From Azolla caroliniana (taxonomy: Eukaryota; Plantae; Polypodiophyta), in assembly GCA_043228905.1 (NCBI GenBank), contig JBHGNT010000001.1, positions 7,378,001-7,442,000 on the forward strand: 64,000 nt of DNA, in the 5' to 3' direction. The position numbers and the translations under genes were made by a program. This document shows positions 25,804 to 36,965 of this stretch, in pieces. The notes beneath the pieces were generated by a model. It saw nothing but the letters and a program-made list of their open reading frames with translations. It did not search any database and was not told where the DNA came from. Position 1 is the first letter of the stretch, and every line of letters begins with the position of its first letter.

Positions 25804-28204
25804 AAATTACGTCTGCCTCTCTTTCCATGTTAGTCGCCATATATATGTTTTGCATTGTGATATAAGCAGTTGCACACTTCTCATCTAACTTTATTGATTC
25901 CTTGAATGCCCATCTCCCAAGGTTCACATTCATCCACTTGTAACAATTTCCGAGTATAGCCAAAAGTAGCTGAAGATGGTTCAAAGACTGTACCTCATCA
26001 AGCAATTTCACGGCCTTGTCAAAGTGTCCAGCACGGCCAAATAGATCAATCATACAAGTGTAGTGGTCTATCGTTGGCGCTAGGCCATAAATGCTCTGCA
26101 TTTCATCAAACAGCTTCTGTCCTGCCTCTAGTAGACCTCCATGACTACATGCATTGATCAAAACAAGGAAAGTAACCAAATTTGGGTCTAGGCCTTCTCT
26201 TTTCATTTTTGTGTAGAGTTCCAAAACAATTTCAGCTTGACCTATTTGTGCATATCCGGACATAAGTGCGACCCATGATACAACATTCTGAACTGGAAGC
26301 TCTTCGAATACTCCCCGTGCTTTGTGTAGCTCTCCACACTTCGCATACATGTCTATCAATGCGGTGCCAAGCACAATCTCTGTATGCAAAAGCCCTTGGC
26401 TTTTAACCTCGTCACCTATTTCTTCCCCCATATTTAGCGATCCTACAATGCCACAAGCTTTCAAAACACATGCATATGTTACCGCATCTGGTAAAACACC
26501 CTCATTTTGCATGTGTCTGAAGCATTTTAACGCTTCATCTCCAAGCCCTAGGTGGGTATATCCAGCTATTAGGGAAGTCCAAGACAATGCATCTCGCATT
26601 GGAAGCCATTCAAATAGTTCTTGTGCTTTCTCTAGTGCACCACATTTGGCATACATTTCGAGCAGTGCATTCCCAAGAGCAACATCTTTCTCCAATAATC
26701 CTTGCCTTCGAAGATCGGAACCAATGCTTTCCCCAATCTCAAGAGATCCAGCATTACCACAAGCTTTCAAAATGCACAAATAAGTTACTGAATCTGGACA
26801 GATTCCTTCACATTGCATATCTTTAAAACATTTTATGGCTTCATCATGGTACCCATTATCTGAATATCCAACTAAAAGCGAAGTCCATGATGCAGTATCA
26901 TGTGATGTAAGTCCTCCAAATACCTCTTTTGCTTTCTCAAGTGAACCACACTTGGCATACATGTCTACCAATGCAGTACCAAGCTTGAGATTGCCATACA
27001 ATAACCCCCTTTTCCGAACCTCACCATATATCTCTTCTCCGATCTCTAGTGATCCAATCATCCCACAAGCCTTCGAAAGGGAAACATAAGTTACCACATT
27101 TGGGCATATTTTCTTGTCTTTCATATCTCTGAAACATTTTAGAGCTTCATGACCGAGTCCACACTTGGCATATCCAGTGATTAGGGCATTCCAAGCTGCA
27201 ATATGATCTACCGGAAGCTCATTAAAAATGCCTCGTGCTTTGTCAAGTGCGCCACATTTCGCATACATATCAATCAATGCATTTCCAATCACTGCATCTT
27301 TTCGTAATAATCCTTCTTTTCTAACCCTGGCATCAATATCTTCCCCGACCTTCAGAGACCCAATAATGCCACAAGCCTTCAAAATGCAAATGTAAGTTAC
27401 CACATCTGGAAAAAGTCCTTCATCTTGCATTTGCTTATAGCATTTCACAGCTTTGTGGCCAAGCCCATGTTCGGTATATCCCGAAATAAGTGCCGTCCAA
27501 GATACCACATTTCGCACTGGAATCTTTTCGAATACTTCTTGTGCTTTCTCAAGTGCACCACACCTAGCATACATCCTTATTAACGTATTACCTAACAATA
27601 CATCTTTCTCCAACAGTCCTCGCTTTCTGACCTCAACATCTATGCCTTCTCCTATCTCTAAGCATCCAATACTACCACAAGCTCTCAAAATAGATAGATA
27701 CGTTACCGAATTCGGAGAGATTCCTTCCTCTTTCATCTTATTGAAGCATAAAAGGGCTTCTTGACCATATCCATGTTGAGCATATCCAGATATAAGGGCA
27801 GTCCAAGAAACAACATCTCGAATCAGAAGTTGCTCAAACACATCTCTTGATTCTTTCAAAGCACCACATTTGGCAAATGTTCTAATTAAGGACGTAGAAA
27901 CATATACATCCTTAACAAACACGCTGTTATTTCCATGAAAAATATCATCATGGATTCTTCTCAACTCACACAAGTTCTTCTCTCTCCCACATGATTTAAT
28001 ACGGTTTAGAAGCGAAACTCGATCTTTACTGGATTCATCAGTTTCTAGTTTATAAATGGAATTCGAAAAGCCAAGCATTTTTTTCTTGAGGTTAACCCAA
28101 GGTGGGGGCCGGTTCGATAAGAATGGCTTGTCTCTGTGTTTCTGCTTGAATTCTTCTGAGGGTTCAGGGTTTCGCTGTAATGGGGTCCAACAGAGAGTTG
28201 GCAT
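25802..28204 (-). CDS. PLS-class pentatricopeptide repeat protein (800 aa, ~19-20 PPR motifs plus E1/E2), putative organellar RNA-editing specificity factor
   Basis: Single intronless ORF with regular P-L-S triplets (VVSWTALISGY / VTY..ILKACG / LGNALIDMYAKCG), P2-L2-S2 (ACSHGG, HYTCMIDLFGRAG) and E1-E2. The start codon is uncertain. Confidence 0.9.
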   Translation of the reverse strand: MPTLCWTPLQRNPEPSEEFKQKHRDKPFLSNRPPPWVNLKKKMLGFSNSIYKLETDESSKDRVSLLNRIKSCGREKNLCELRRIHDDIFHGNNSVFVKDVYVSTSLIRTFAKCGALKESRDVFEQLLIRDVVSWTALISGYAQHGYGQEALLCFNKMKEEGISPNSVTYLSILRACGSIGCLEIGEGIDVEVRKRGLLEKDVLLGNTLIRMYARCGALEKAQEVFEKIPVRNVVSWTALISGYTEHGLGHKAVKCYKQMQDEGLFPDVVTYICILKACGIIGSLKVGEDIDARVRKEGLLRKDAVIGNALIDMYAKCGALDKARGIFNELPVDHIAAWNALITGYAKCGLGHEALKCFRDMKDKKICPNVVTYVSLSKACGMIGSLEIGEEIYGEVRKRGLLYGNLKLGTALVDMYAKCGSLEKAKEVFGGLTSHDTASWTSLLVGYSDNGYHDEAIKCFKDMQCEGICPDSVTYLCILKACGNAGSLEIGESIGSDLRRQGLLEKDVALGNALLEMYAKCGALEKAQELFEWLPMRDALSWTSLIAGYTHLGLGDEALKCFRHMQNEGVLPDAVTYACVLKACGIVGSLNMGEEIGDEVKSQGLLHTEIVLGTALIDMYAKCGELHKARGVFEELPVQNVVSWVALMSGYAQIGQAEIVLELYTKMKREGLDPNLVTFLVLINACSHGGLLEAGQKLFDEMQSIYGLAPTIDHYTCMIDLFGRAGHFDKAVKLLDEVQSLNHLQLLLAILGNCYKWMNVNLGRWAFKESIKLDEKCATAYITMQNIYMATNMEREADVI

Positions 28205-28365
28205 TTAAAAGGAATAGCTCTCAACATGGGGGCTCTTTCTTAGATGTCGCTACTAATGAAAACAGACAGACAGACAGACAGAGGTGAGTTCTGTAGAAAC
28301 AAGATATATATAGTGAGCCAGAATAAAATAAGATCTAACACTAGGAAAACACAAAATGCTTCTGC

Positions 28366-28606
28366 TGTTAAAACACATTATTAGTGTTAAACACATTATT
28401 ACTCTAAAGCTTTTGTCATCTAACTAAACACATTATTAATATTAAAAAACATTCTACTCTCATGCTCATCTTATCTAACTAAACGCATTATTAGTGTTAA
28501 CCACATTTCACTCTAAAGCTGTTGTGATCTAACTAAACATATTTTACTGTAAAGCTTTTGTGATCTAACTAAACACATTTTATTGTAAAACTTTTGTGAT
28601 CTAACT
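28366..28606. repeat. Minisatellite upstream of the PPR gene (probably in a 5' UTR intron)
   Basis: Repeated 'atctaactaaacacatt.tta' and 'taaagcttttgtgatctaact' units. A minus-strand acceptor-like 'gtttctacag' sits at 28291-28300. Confidence 0.75.
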
Positions 28607-28937
28607 TCAAGAGGAGGGCCAAACAAGACATTTTGTGGCCGCCATGTTAAACCTAGGGTTTATTCATTCATATTTTCATAGAACAGCCTTGCGAGTACCA
28701 ACGTCCCCCTCCCCTTCTCGTCGTCAAGTGTATGTCCTAATCCCGGCTAATGAGCTTCCCACAACCTTGAGGTCTCAAGCACCGACTACAGCCTTCAAAA
28801 TTGTATGTCCATTTCCAATTCCTACTTTGGTCCTCGAGGCATCCTGTTTCGCTTCATGGTCAATAATCAAAGGTGATTTGGATAAATTTTCTTGACATTA
28901 CTACTAAAATGAGTGTGCATTCTCATCCTTGACTTGC

Positions 28938-29069
28938 AGGTGGTCCGCCATGGCGCTAATGGGTGGTTTTGCCATGGTAGAAAATAATCAAGTAACAGTA
29001 CTGGTCAATGAAGCTGAACGGGCTACCGAAATTGATCCTGGCGAAGCTCAAAGGTGTTTTCAAATAGCG
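28938..29069 (+). pseudogene. atpE: Nuclear plastid DNA insertion (NUPT): internal fragment of chloroplast ATP synthase epsilon
   Basis: Frame 28938-29069 reads [44 protein letters not shown], the Atp[10 protein letters not shown]....N.VT.LVN.AE...EIDP.EAQ motif. Similarity ends abruptly on both sides. Confidence 0.88.
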
Positions 29070-30045
29070 TTTTGTCAATATCCCTACGTGCAATTCATTT
29101 AACAAAACGAAGATGAAAAAACTTCTTAGGAAATTATTGTCTCGTGGCCAGCTATATTGTTGAATGAATGCCATTCATCATTCTTCTTTTAGAGAAACCA
29201 AATAAACAGTGTTGCCTCTACGTTACCACATATATAAATCAATTTGATGGGCTAAACATGTTCATAGCTAGTTATGGAGTGCTCATGGATGTGATCAATT
29301 GTTTTGACTTAGAAAAAATGTCATAAGAATATAATCATCATTGAATTCTTGGACAAGATGAATTTTGGTAGCCATTTGTATTACACCTATAGAACTTGTG
29401 AGATGCAAGAACCGAGACTTCACCATGAATCACATACAAGTCAAATATTCATTCAACATGTAACACTCAAGATTGATTTTTCCTTCAAAGAGGATTTTTA
29501 TTTGTTTGGCAAAAGATTTTCTCCATGTGGAAGGGCCTCACCAAACGAGTCAAAGATAAATTGAGAATGACAAGTTGGGAAGGCTTGGGAGCCTTCATTT
29601 ACATATATGGAACAAAAATTGAAACACTATGTTATTTTCAAAGCAAATATGGGATCAAGCCTTCACACATGGCAACAACTTCGTGTTGCACTAGAATAAT
29701 CTTATATGCAATTCCACATGTTCTACCACTGTGATGCCCATGCTCATAAATTCATAAGAAATACTTCATCAATCATTGTTTTTACATTTGATTTCTTTGC
29801 AAAAATTGTTTTGTGCCTACTGTCAAATGGTAAATATTGATCATTGGGTAAATATTGTTTTTAGGCATGTAAAACCCGTAAGAAGCAATACTGAATTTGT
29901 AAATATGCAGGTTTTACTCTTACATGCTGAAACATCAAAACCTTCGTGGATAAATGGAACATTTATACTTCAATAGTTGACCATTCTAAACATTACTTTG
30001 ATCAATCTGATTAACATTAATTTAATGGCTGTACAATGTATACTA

Positions 30046-30143
30046 TGCATGGAGACAGTCATGACACATGACTATCATATTGTGTGTGTCAATATGTACT
30101 GTGCATGGAGACAGTCATGACATATGACTATCATATTGTGTGG
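30046..30143. repeat. Short direct duplication (~41-bp core)
   Basis: 'tgcatggagacagtcatgaca.atgactatcatattgtgtg' occurs twice, downstream of the ABC gene stop. Confidence 0.8.
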
Positions 30144-30342
30144 GTGTGTGGTCTGGGAAAATAGGTTTATAGTCTGCAACAACATTAAAACTCCATGTTG
30201 GTTCAAGTATTTCAATTGGTCACAAGCCCGAGGTTTCCATGAGTTCTCCTACAAGCATCATAGCCATGTTTTTTCCTCCTCCCCAAAGAAATTTCAGATC
30301 TCTTATCTCAGAGGTTCTATATACATTTTGCTTTTGTGTGCC

Positions 30343-33300
30343 TTAGCTATTACTCATCTCACCTTCTTCATCAATTTCTCTGGGCTTAGTGTTGCCTGAA
30401 CCTTGAAGCTGCCTTCTGACAAGAGCAGCATAGATACCATTCCTATTCAGAAGCTCATCATGAGTACCTCTTTCAGCAATACGGCCACCATCAACAACTG
30501 CCACAATGTCGGCACTCTTCACAGTAGAAAGTCGATGAGCAATTACAAGCACAGTTCTTCCTTTCATCAAACGATCCATAGCATCCTTAATACAAAAGAG
30601 AAATCATAGAAGATTATATTTCAAGATATCACCAAAAGTTAAATAATGGAAAACAAAAATTTGAGTTCTAGGATATTGTTGTTTCTGTCATTAGAAAGGC
30701 AACCACGTCCCCTATTAAAATCATAGCGATGTAATTAATGGATGTACATAAATAACAATATTTTTCGATGGTCTTGTTGAATACATTATGGCAATCCTTT
30801 AAATTTCTGGTTTTAGTTAAGAGTCACCTAAATGAGCTTTTCTTTTTTTGCATCAATCAGATATAGCAGAATATTAGGATTGTAATAGTATTTGAGTTTC
30901 ATTGGTCAGTTTGGCCTCTATAGAAAATTAATATAATTATTCTTTCTTTCTTTCGGACAATGGAAAGACTCATGAAGTTACCTGCACCAAAAATTCACTC
31001 TCTGCATCTAATGCACTAGTGGCTTCATCTAAAAGCAGAATTCGTGGGTCCATCAGAAGTGCTCTTGCTATTGCTATTCGTTGTTTCTGCCCACCTGACA
31101 GCCTGATACCACGTTCCCCAACAAAAGTTTCATATCCTTCACGAAATTTTGTTATAAACTCATGCGCATTCGCCATGACCTGTAATGGTTTTAGTGTATC
31201 TGTTAGGTGGCATTATCTTCTTCATGCTGTAAAGTTAGGTGGCATACCTCCAATAGCATTGGCAAACTTATCATTATTATGCCGAAAACCTAGTTTACTA
31301 CATTGTGGTAGTTTGATGAAAATGTGATAAGGAATCTCTTTTTAGGGAAAGTACTTACAGCTGCTTTCTCTATTTCAGCTGTTGATACTTTCCCTGAGGT
31401 CATCCCATAAGAGATATTTTCAGCAATGGAGCAATTGAATAACACAGGTTCTTGGCTGACAATGCTAACCTGTAAACATGTAGAGGATTAAGAGCAATGC
31501 ATTACAGTTCTCCTATACACATTTCTTGGAAGTCCAATTAACGCATATTTATGACGAACTTTCAAGAACAGCAGACCGACAGAAATAAAATACCTTACAG
31601 TGCAGATGCAAATGAGACACTTCAGGAAGTGGTACACCATTCAAAAGTATTCTCCCCTTCTTTGGATCATAAAATCTTTCTAGTAAGTTCGCAATTGTTG
31701 TCTGGAACCACATTACCATAAACACTGATGTCACATACACTGACCAAGTTCAATATTATCGGTTGGAAAAGTTGCATACGTACCTTTCCACCTCCACTAG
31801 GGCCTACAAGTGCAACTTTTGCTCCAGGATTGAGTTGAAGGGAAACACCCTAGAGAAACCAAGAAACAAATAATGTTACTTTCCTTGGGCCGGCACAGTA
31901 GTATGTGAGAAAATGCTGCTTACTGTGCCTTCCTAAAATCTTGATAGAATAGAAATATAGCCCCAAACAAAAATATTTATACAGTCCAACATCCAACAAT
32001 GAGTGTGAACTAATCAGAAATATATCCATATTAGACAAATCTAGGCAAGTTTGGCGTTGGTGGGAGTGTGGGAAATGGAAGTGTCATGATACACGGAAGC
32101 AGGGCGGTCCCTAACTCTAGGAACTTTATCTAGAAATGCCTCTAAAAAAGTATATGAAGAAAGTTTTATTAAAACTTCTCACTATAGATTTTCTGATTTG
32201 TCAAAAATGCACATGACCTATTTTGAATGCCATAACTTATGTACGTACCTGAAGCACCCAATCATTTGGACGTGATGGATAGGAAAACCAGACATCGTCC
32301 AGCTCCATACCCCCCTCATCTGACTCACTGCAATACAATGAAATTCAAAAGAACTAGGATATCATCATCAAACACTAACATAAAGAACTTTTGCAACTAA
32401 TCACATTGTTGTTAGAATGAGATTATGTGATAGCTCAAGAACATATAATATTAAGATGTGCATGTGTAGATTCCATATTATGATGCATTGCTTGTTTATC
32501 AACATATGGAAGCATGAACACATTAGCCTTCATAATCATCAGTACTAACTGGCAGCTAATAACAATTCTGACATGTACATAATATCATGGAGGTAGAAAG
32601 TTTGGCAGCTAATAACAATTCTAAGCAGACCAAGATGACAAGGAGTTAGGAGCTGGTTGTATGCAGAGAAATTAGTTTTTCATCCTCAAGAGTAGCAGAT
32701 GAAAAATTACAAACATTCTTTTGCTGATAAATTTCATACGCTGAGCTAAAAAGTCATAGCTCCTTAAATATCATTATCTGGATTCTAGAGAATGTATTCT
32801 AATGACTCTTTGGCACTCACTGCTAGAAAGTAACTAGTTCTTGCAAAGTTAACCTCTATGGAATTTCTGCCTAAGTATACTTCAACAGCAAGTGCCAACT
32901 AAGCATATTGAGCTTTTCATTCACAGACTCTTGTACTGTAGGATATTAAGTAGACTTTCATCATCTGCAATTTCAAATATACCAACATGAAGTCATATGA
33001 AGTCTTCTTTCAGACATGTGTATCGTAACTTTTCAGATTCACAGACTCTTGTAGCATCCCATTTTGCATTTCAACTTAAGACTTTCACCATTCATTGTCT
33101 CAGATAAATTCATATGAAGTTGTATGCAGGTATTTTTTCAATTGTGCACCTATATTGTTGTGATGTCATAACATCTAAAAATGCATTTGATTTGAAAACA
33201 TAGAAAGATCGTCCTTTGAAACAGCAGATATTACCATGTTTTATATGCCACAATGCAGCTTCAGACTCACAACAGTTATGCAACAACAAAACGTCGGGAT

Positions 33301-36265
33301 ATTAATGTTCTATAGACAACTTTAGAACACCGCGTTGATACTACGTGTACATTGGGCTAATAGATATATTTTTACCCTAAAGGACACTTGTTTCCAGGAG
33401 GCGGCATTGTTGAGACACGATCCAGTAGCTGAAAAACACGCTGGCTTGCTCCAACTGCCCTCATGGCTGCTGTGTAAAGACTTGACAGAGTAGAAAAATT
33501 TGAACCAACTACGAGTACATGGCATGATGTCAATAAATAGACCAATCTGCAGATTAGTTTAAATGAGATTCCATAACATAAATGTTATAGGATATTAACC
33601 TGTCAAGCTGTACAAAATGAATGATGTCAGTGATCCTGTTGTCATGACACCCTTTATTGTCAAATGTGCTCCATACACCACAACTGCACCAATAGAGAGT
33701 GTTGAAGCAGCAGACACCGTCCCAGAAAATATACCGACTACAAACTGTTAGACGATCAAATAATTCAAAAATCAGGCAACTTTGGAGCATAACATTCATT
33801 ATGTTCAACAAGTTCTTGCAAAGGTATTTTTCTGTGGACAGACGCACCGCTTGCTTGATGCCAAGTTTCAGGCTTTCATCCACTTTCTCTCCATATCGGC
33901 CACATTCAAAGCTTTCCTTTCCAAAAGATCTCACTGTCCTAATGGCACCAAATGATTCCTGGCAAGACAAGGCCAGATTTAACAACTCGGGAGAAGAGGC
34001 CTGGCTCAGTCATGAACTAGAGATGATACTACCTCAGCAATTGATGTGGCTACTGCTGCAGCGGCTTGTGTTTTACTGGAAAGATCACGAAGATAACGAC
34101 CAAATGCTCGCAAGGCTATGGAGATAGCAGGAACAATCGCTAGTGAGAGTACTGTAAGGTTCCAGAATTCTCAATCAGTCAAGATATACCACACTCAAAA
34201 ACTTAAATATGTTCATGTAGCACAGGAAAACTAAAACATACCTTTGTATCTAAATTTAGCATAGCTTTAGCGAACAAAATGTATTTAATGCAAGGCATAA
34301 AATAATGCAAGGGAAAAGCATTCGTGCTGGCTTCAACATGATCAATGTCACTTCCTTGGTTGATATACAAGTATTTGTAATAATGCAAGTTATACTTGGA
34401 AATCATGAATCAGTTCAACGGCCTTAGTCAATTTTGTATGCTTGTATAAATGGAGAATAGTGCTGATATAAAGGATGGAGAATTTTAAAGAAAAGAGCGT
34501 GATTTAGTACTCACATGTAAGATGCCAGGATGTGTGAAACATAAAACCAATTCCCAAAAGTGCTGTTCCAATGCTCTGCATAGCATCTGAAAGTTTGACT
34601 GTGGCTGCATTTTTTATTATTTGTGTATCTTCCGATAGACGACTAAGTAACTCCCCAGTTCTTGTCACATCAAAAAATGCAATTTCCTGGTTAATTATAA
34701 AAGTTATTATAAATACATCATAACCTAGAATCAGAGACGGATAAGACCATTCTATATATAAAATACCTGATTGATGAGATGCTCAAACAAGTCTTTCCTC
34801 AATCGTGCTACAACACGCTCACTTGCCGATGTGAACAGGTATGCACGGATAGCTGTCGCTATTGCTCTTTTATCAAAAGAGTTGGGGGGGAAGGAGACAT
34901 CAATAGTGTAAGTCATGTAGTAAGTTAGTCATTCTTTTGTTGACATGATAAAAGGAAGCAAGCATTTCAACCTAAACAGCATTAAAACCATGATAGTACA
35001 GAATGATGTACCAAGTAAGCCTCATCCTAAAAAGGTTAACCAACACCAGTATATGGAAGGAGCAATATATATGTGACCAATTATCAAATAAATGGAAATG
35101 GCATTCAGGAAAAGCAGAAGACACCAGGTAATTAGATTGGTGACTATTGTGTGGATACATTTCCTTTGACATTCAGCTGAGATTTACAATTGAGGGCAGT
35201 AGTTAGAAAAGTGCGCAGAAATAAGCATGAAGCAATTCTAATAACCCATACCCAATCACAATTATGAGAAAGATCTTCAACACTGTAGCATTGACTTCTT
35301 GGAGAGCTTTAGATTGCTCTTGCTTTGCCTCCCTTTCCATATTGACAATATCTATAATGCTACCAGCATACTTTGGCTATCATCATAAAACGAAAATAAT
35401 ACAATCTTAAGGCCATTGATGTGTCAAAGGTACAGATTACAATTGTATGCACTTTCCAGTAGAAACACTTACAAGTAGTATCTTAGATACGGATGTAAAA
35501 CAAAGTGCAATAGTAGCAAGAATCAGCATGGGAGCTTCTGGTTTTGCCTATTATCACAAAATAAAATTTGTACCCTCTATCAGAGAATAATAATAATAGA
35601 CATTTGGTTGACATCTATTGTTTACCCAACATTTCTTACCAGTTTCAAGAACATTTCTTACCAGTTTCAAGATCCTGGAAAACCCAACTTTACTTCCCTG
35701 TAAACAAATCATGAAACGTCAATAATCTATTATAGTGAAAGAAAAACATCCTGTACTCAATTGATTGATTGAACTAATGCACACCTTATTCCCATCTCCA
35801 GTCTCAAGATCTGCTAGGAATCTGTTTTCGGAAGTCTACAAAAAACAAACATTTAGTTATGATTAGCAGCAGAAAAAATATAATTTGAGAAAGAAACACA
35901 ATCTTGATTCTTCCCATGATTTTGAGTTGAAACAATTCTCACTTATAAAATAAATTTATGATCATATTTTAATAAAACGAAACAGAAATGTGTACATTTT
36001 CTACTCCATTCCTAGAATTTTGAGGTGCTCTTTCATGATTTTTCATATTATTTCATGTGTGAAATGAAACCTCTACCAATTCGTGAGGGAAATAAAATCA
36101 ATAACGCTGCTGTTGTCAGGCTAACTACTACATATATTCGATGACTTATATTAAGGAAATATAATGTAAAATAAGAGGAGAGAACGAAAGCACTACATTG
36201 TCTGAGAGGAAGTCTTGGCGCAACAATGGAGTGGATGCATTGATTCCACGCTTTAGTTTTGGCAT
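30343..36265 (-). CDS. ALS1: ABC transporter subfamily B half-transporter, ALS1/TAP2/ABCB27-like, 646 aa
   Basis: 17 in-phase GT-AG coding exons: 36265-36197, 35835-35785, 35697-35662, 35547-35473, 35376-35252, 34866-34767, 34686-34515, 34151-34033, 33958-33848, 33744-33600, 33508-33376, 32327-32249, 31849-31784, 31701-31594, 31469-31359, 31179-30982, 30585-30343 (1941 nt). Walker [17 protein letters not shown] signature, [11 protein letters not shown] and IAHRLSTV are present, as are TMD motifs [15 protein letters not shown] and [19 protein letters not shown]. Confidence 0.93.
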
Positions 36266-36569
36266 CTCGATCTTCTGTGATTCTTTGTTACTTCAGTTCC
36301 TTCTGTTCTTTGAGTTTCTTTTCCAATCTGATGCTTCAGCTACAGCAAAGGAAACACATAAATTCATGAATATGGGAAGGATGATGACAGCGATTATCTC
36401 TAGTTCATTTTAATCGGCTACTTCCAAAGAAATTATGAAGAAGACAATGATGCAGGCGATGAGAACATCACAACAGAGAGAAAAATGGCATCTTTTGCTG
36501 AGTAAACGTATATCCTTCGACTTTACTAAAGCTTTTCAAAATAGTTGATAAATAAGAGGACAGGGAAAC

Positions 36570-36965
36570 AAAGTATGGTACCTCCTGTGGTTGAGACAGA
36601 GAACGCTAAATTTTGAACTTGATGATGAAGAAGAGGAGGCAAGGGTAACTTTTGCTCACTTTGAACTTGATGGCTAATCGATGGGTGAAGAAGAAGAAGA
36701 AGCTATGGTACCTTCTGATGTAGAGACAGACGATATGTTTTGTTCGCTTTGAACTTGATAGGTACTCGAGGGTGAAGAAGAAGAAGAAGAAGAAGCTATG
36801 GTACCTTCTGATGTAGAGACAGACGATCGTTAATTCCTGTGTATATTCAAATATATGTGTCTGTTTCCGATCCTGCAGATGAAGAAGAAGGAAAGAAGAG
36901 ACAGTGATGATAAAGAAGAAGGAAGAGAAAATGAAGAAGAAGAAGAAGAAGAAGAAGAAGCCATG
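36570..36965 (-). repeat. Repeated 5' leader units with (TTC)n microsatellites upstream of the ABC gene
   Basis: 'gaagaagaagctatggtaccttctgatgtagagacagacgat' occurs at ~36695 and ~36785, with a diverged copy at ~36574. GAA runs extend to 36960. Confidence 0.8.

Noticed and set aside
26322-27764. Several + strand ORFs of 79-153 aa
   Set aside because: They are antisense shadows of the PPR CDS. The same applies to antisense ORFs over DUF936 (48758-49718), the ABC gene and BRCT (63610-63942).
32041-32135. GC-rich island in an ABC intron (possible snoRNA or small insertion)
   Set aside because: No convincing C/D or H/ACA box pair, terminal stem or TSD could be established by eye.
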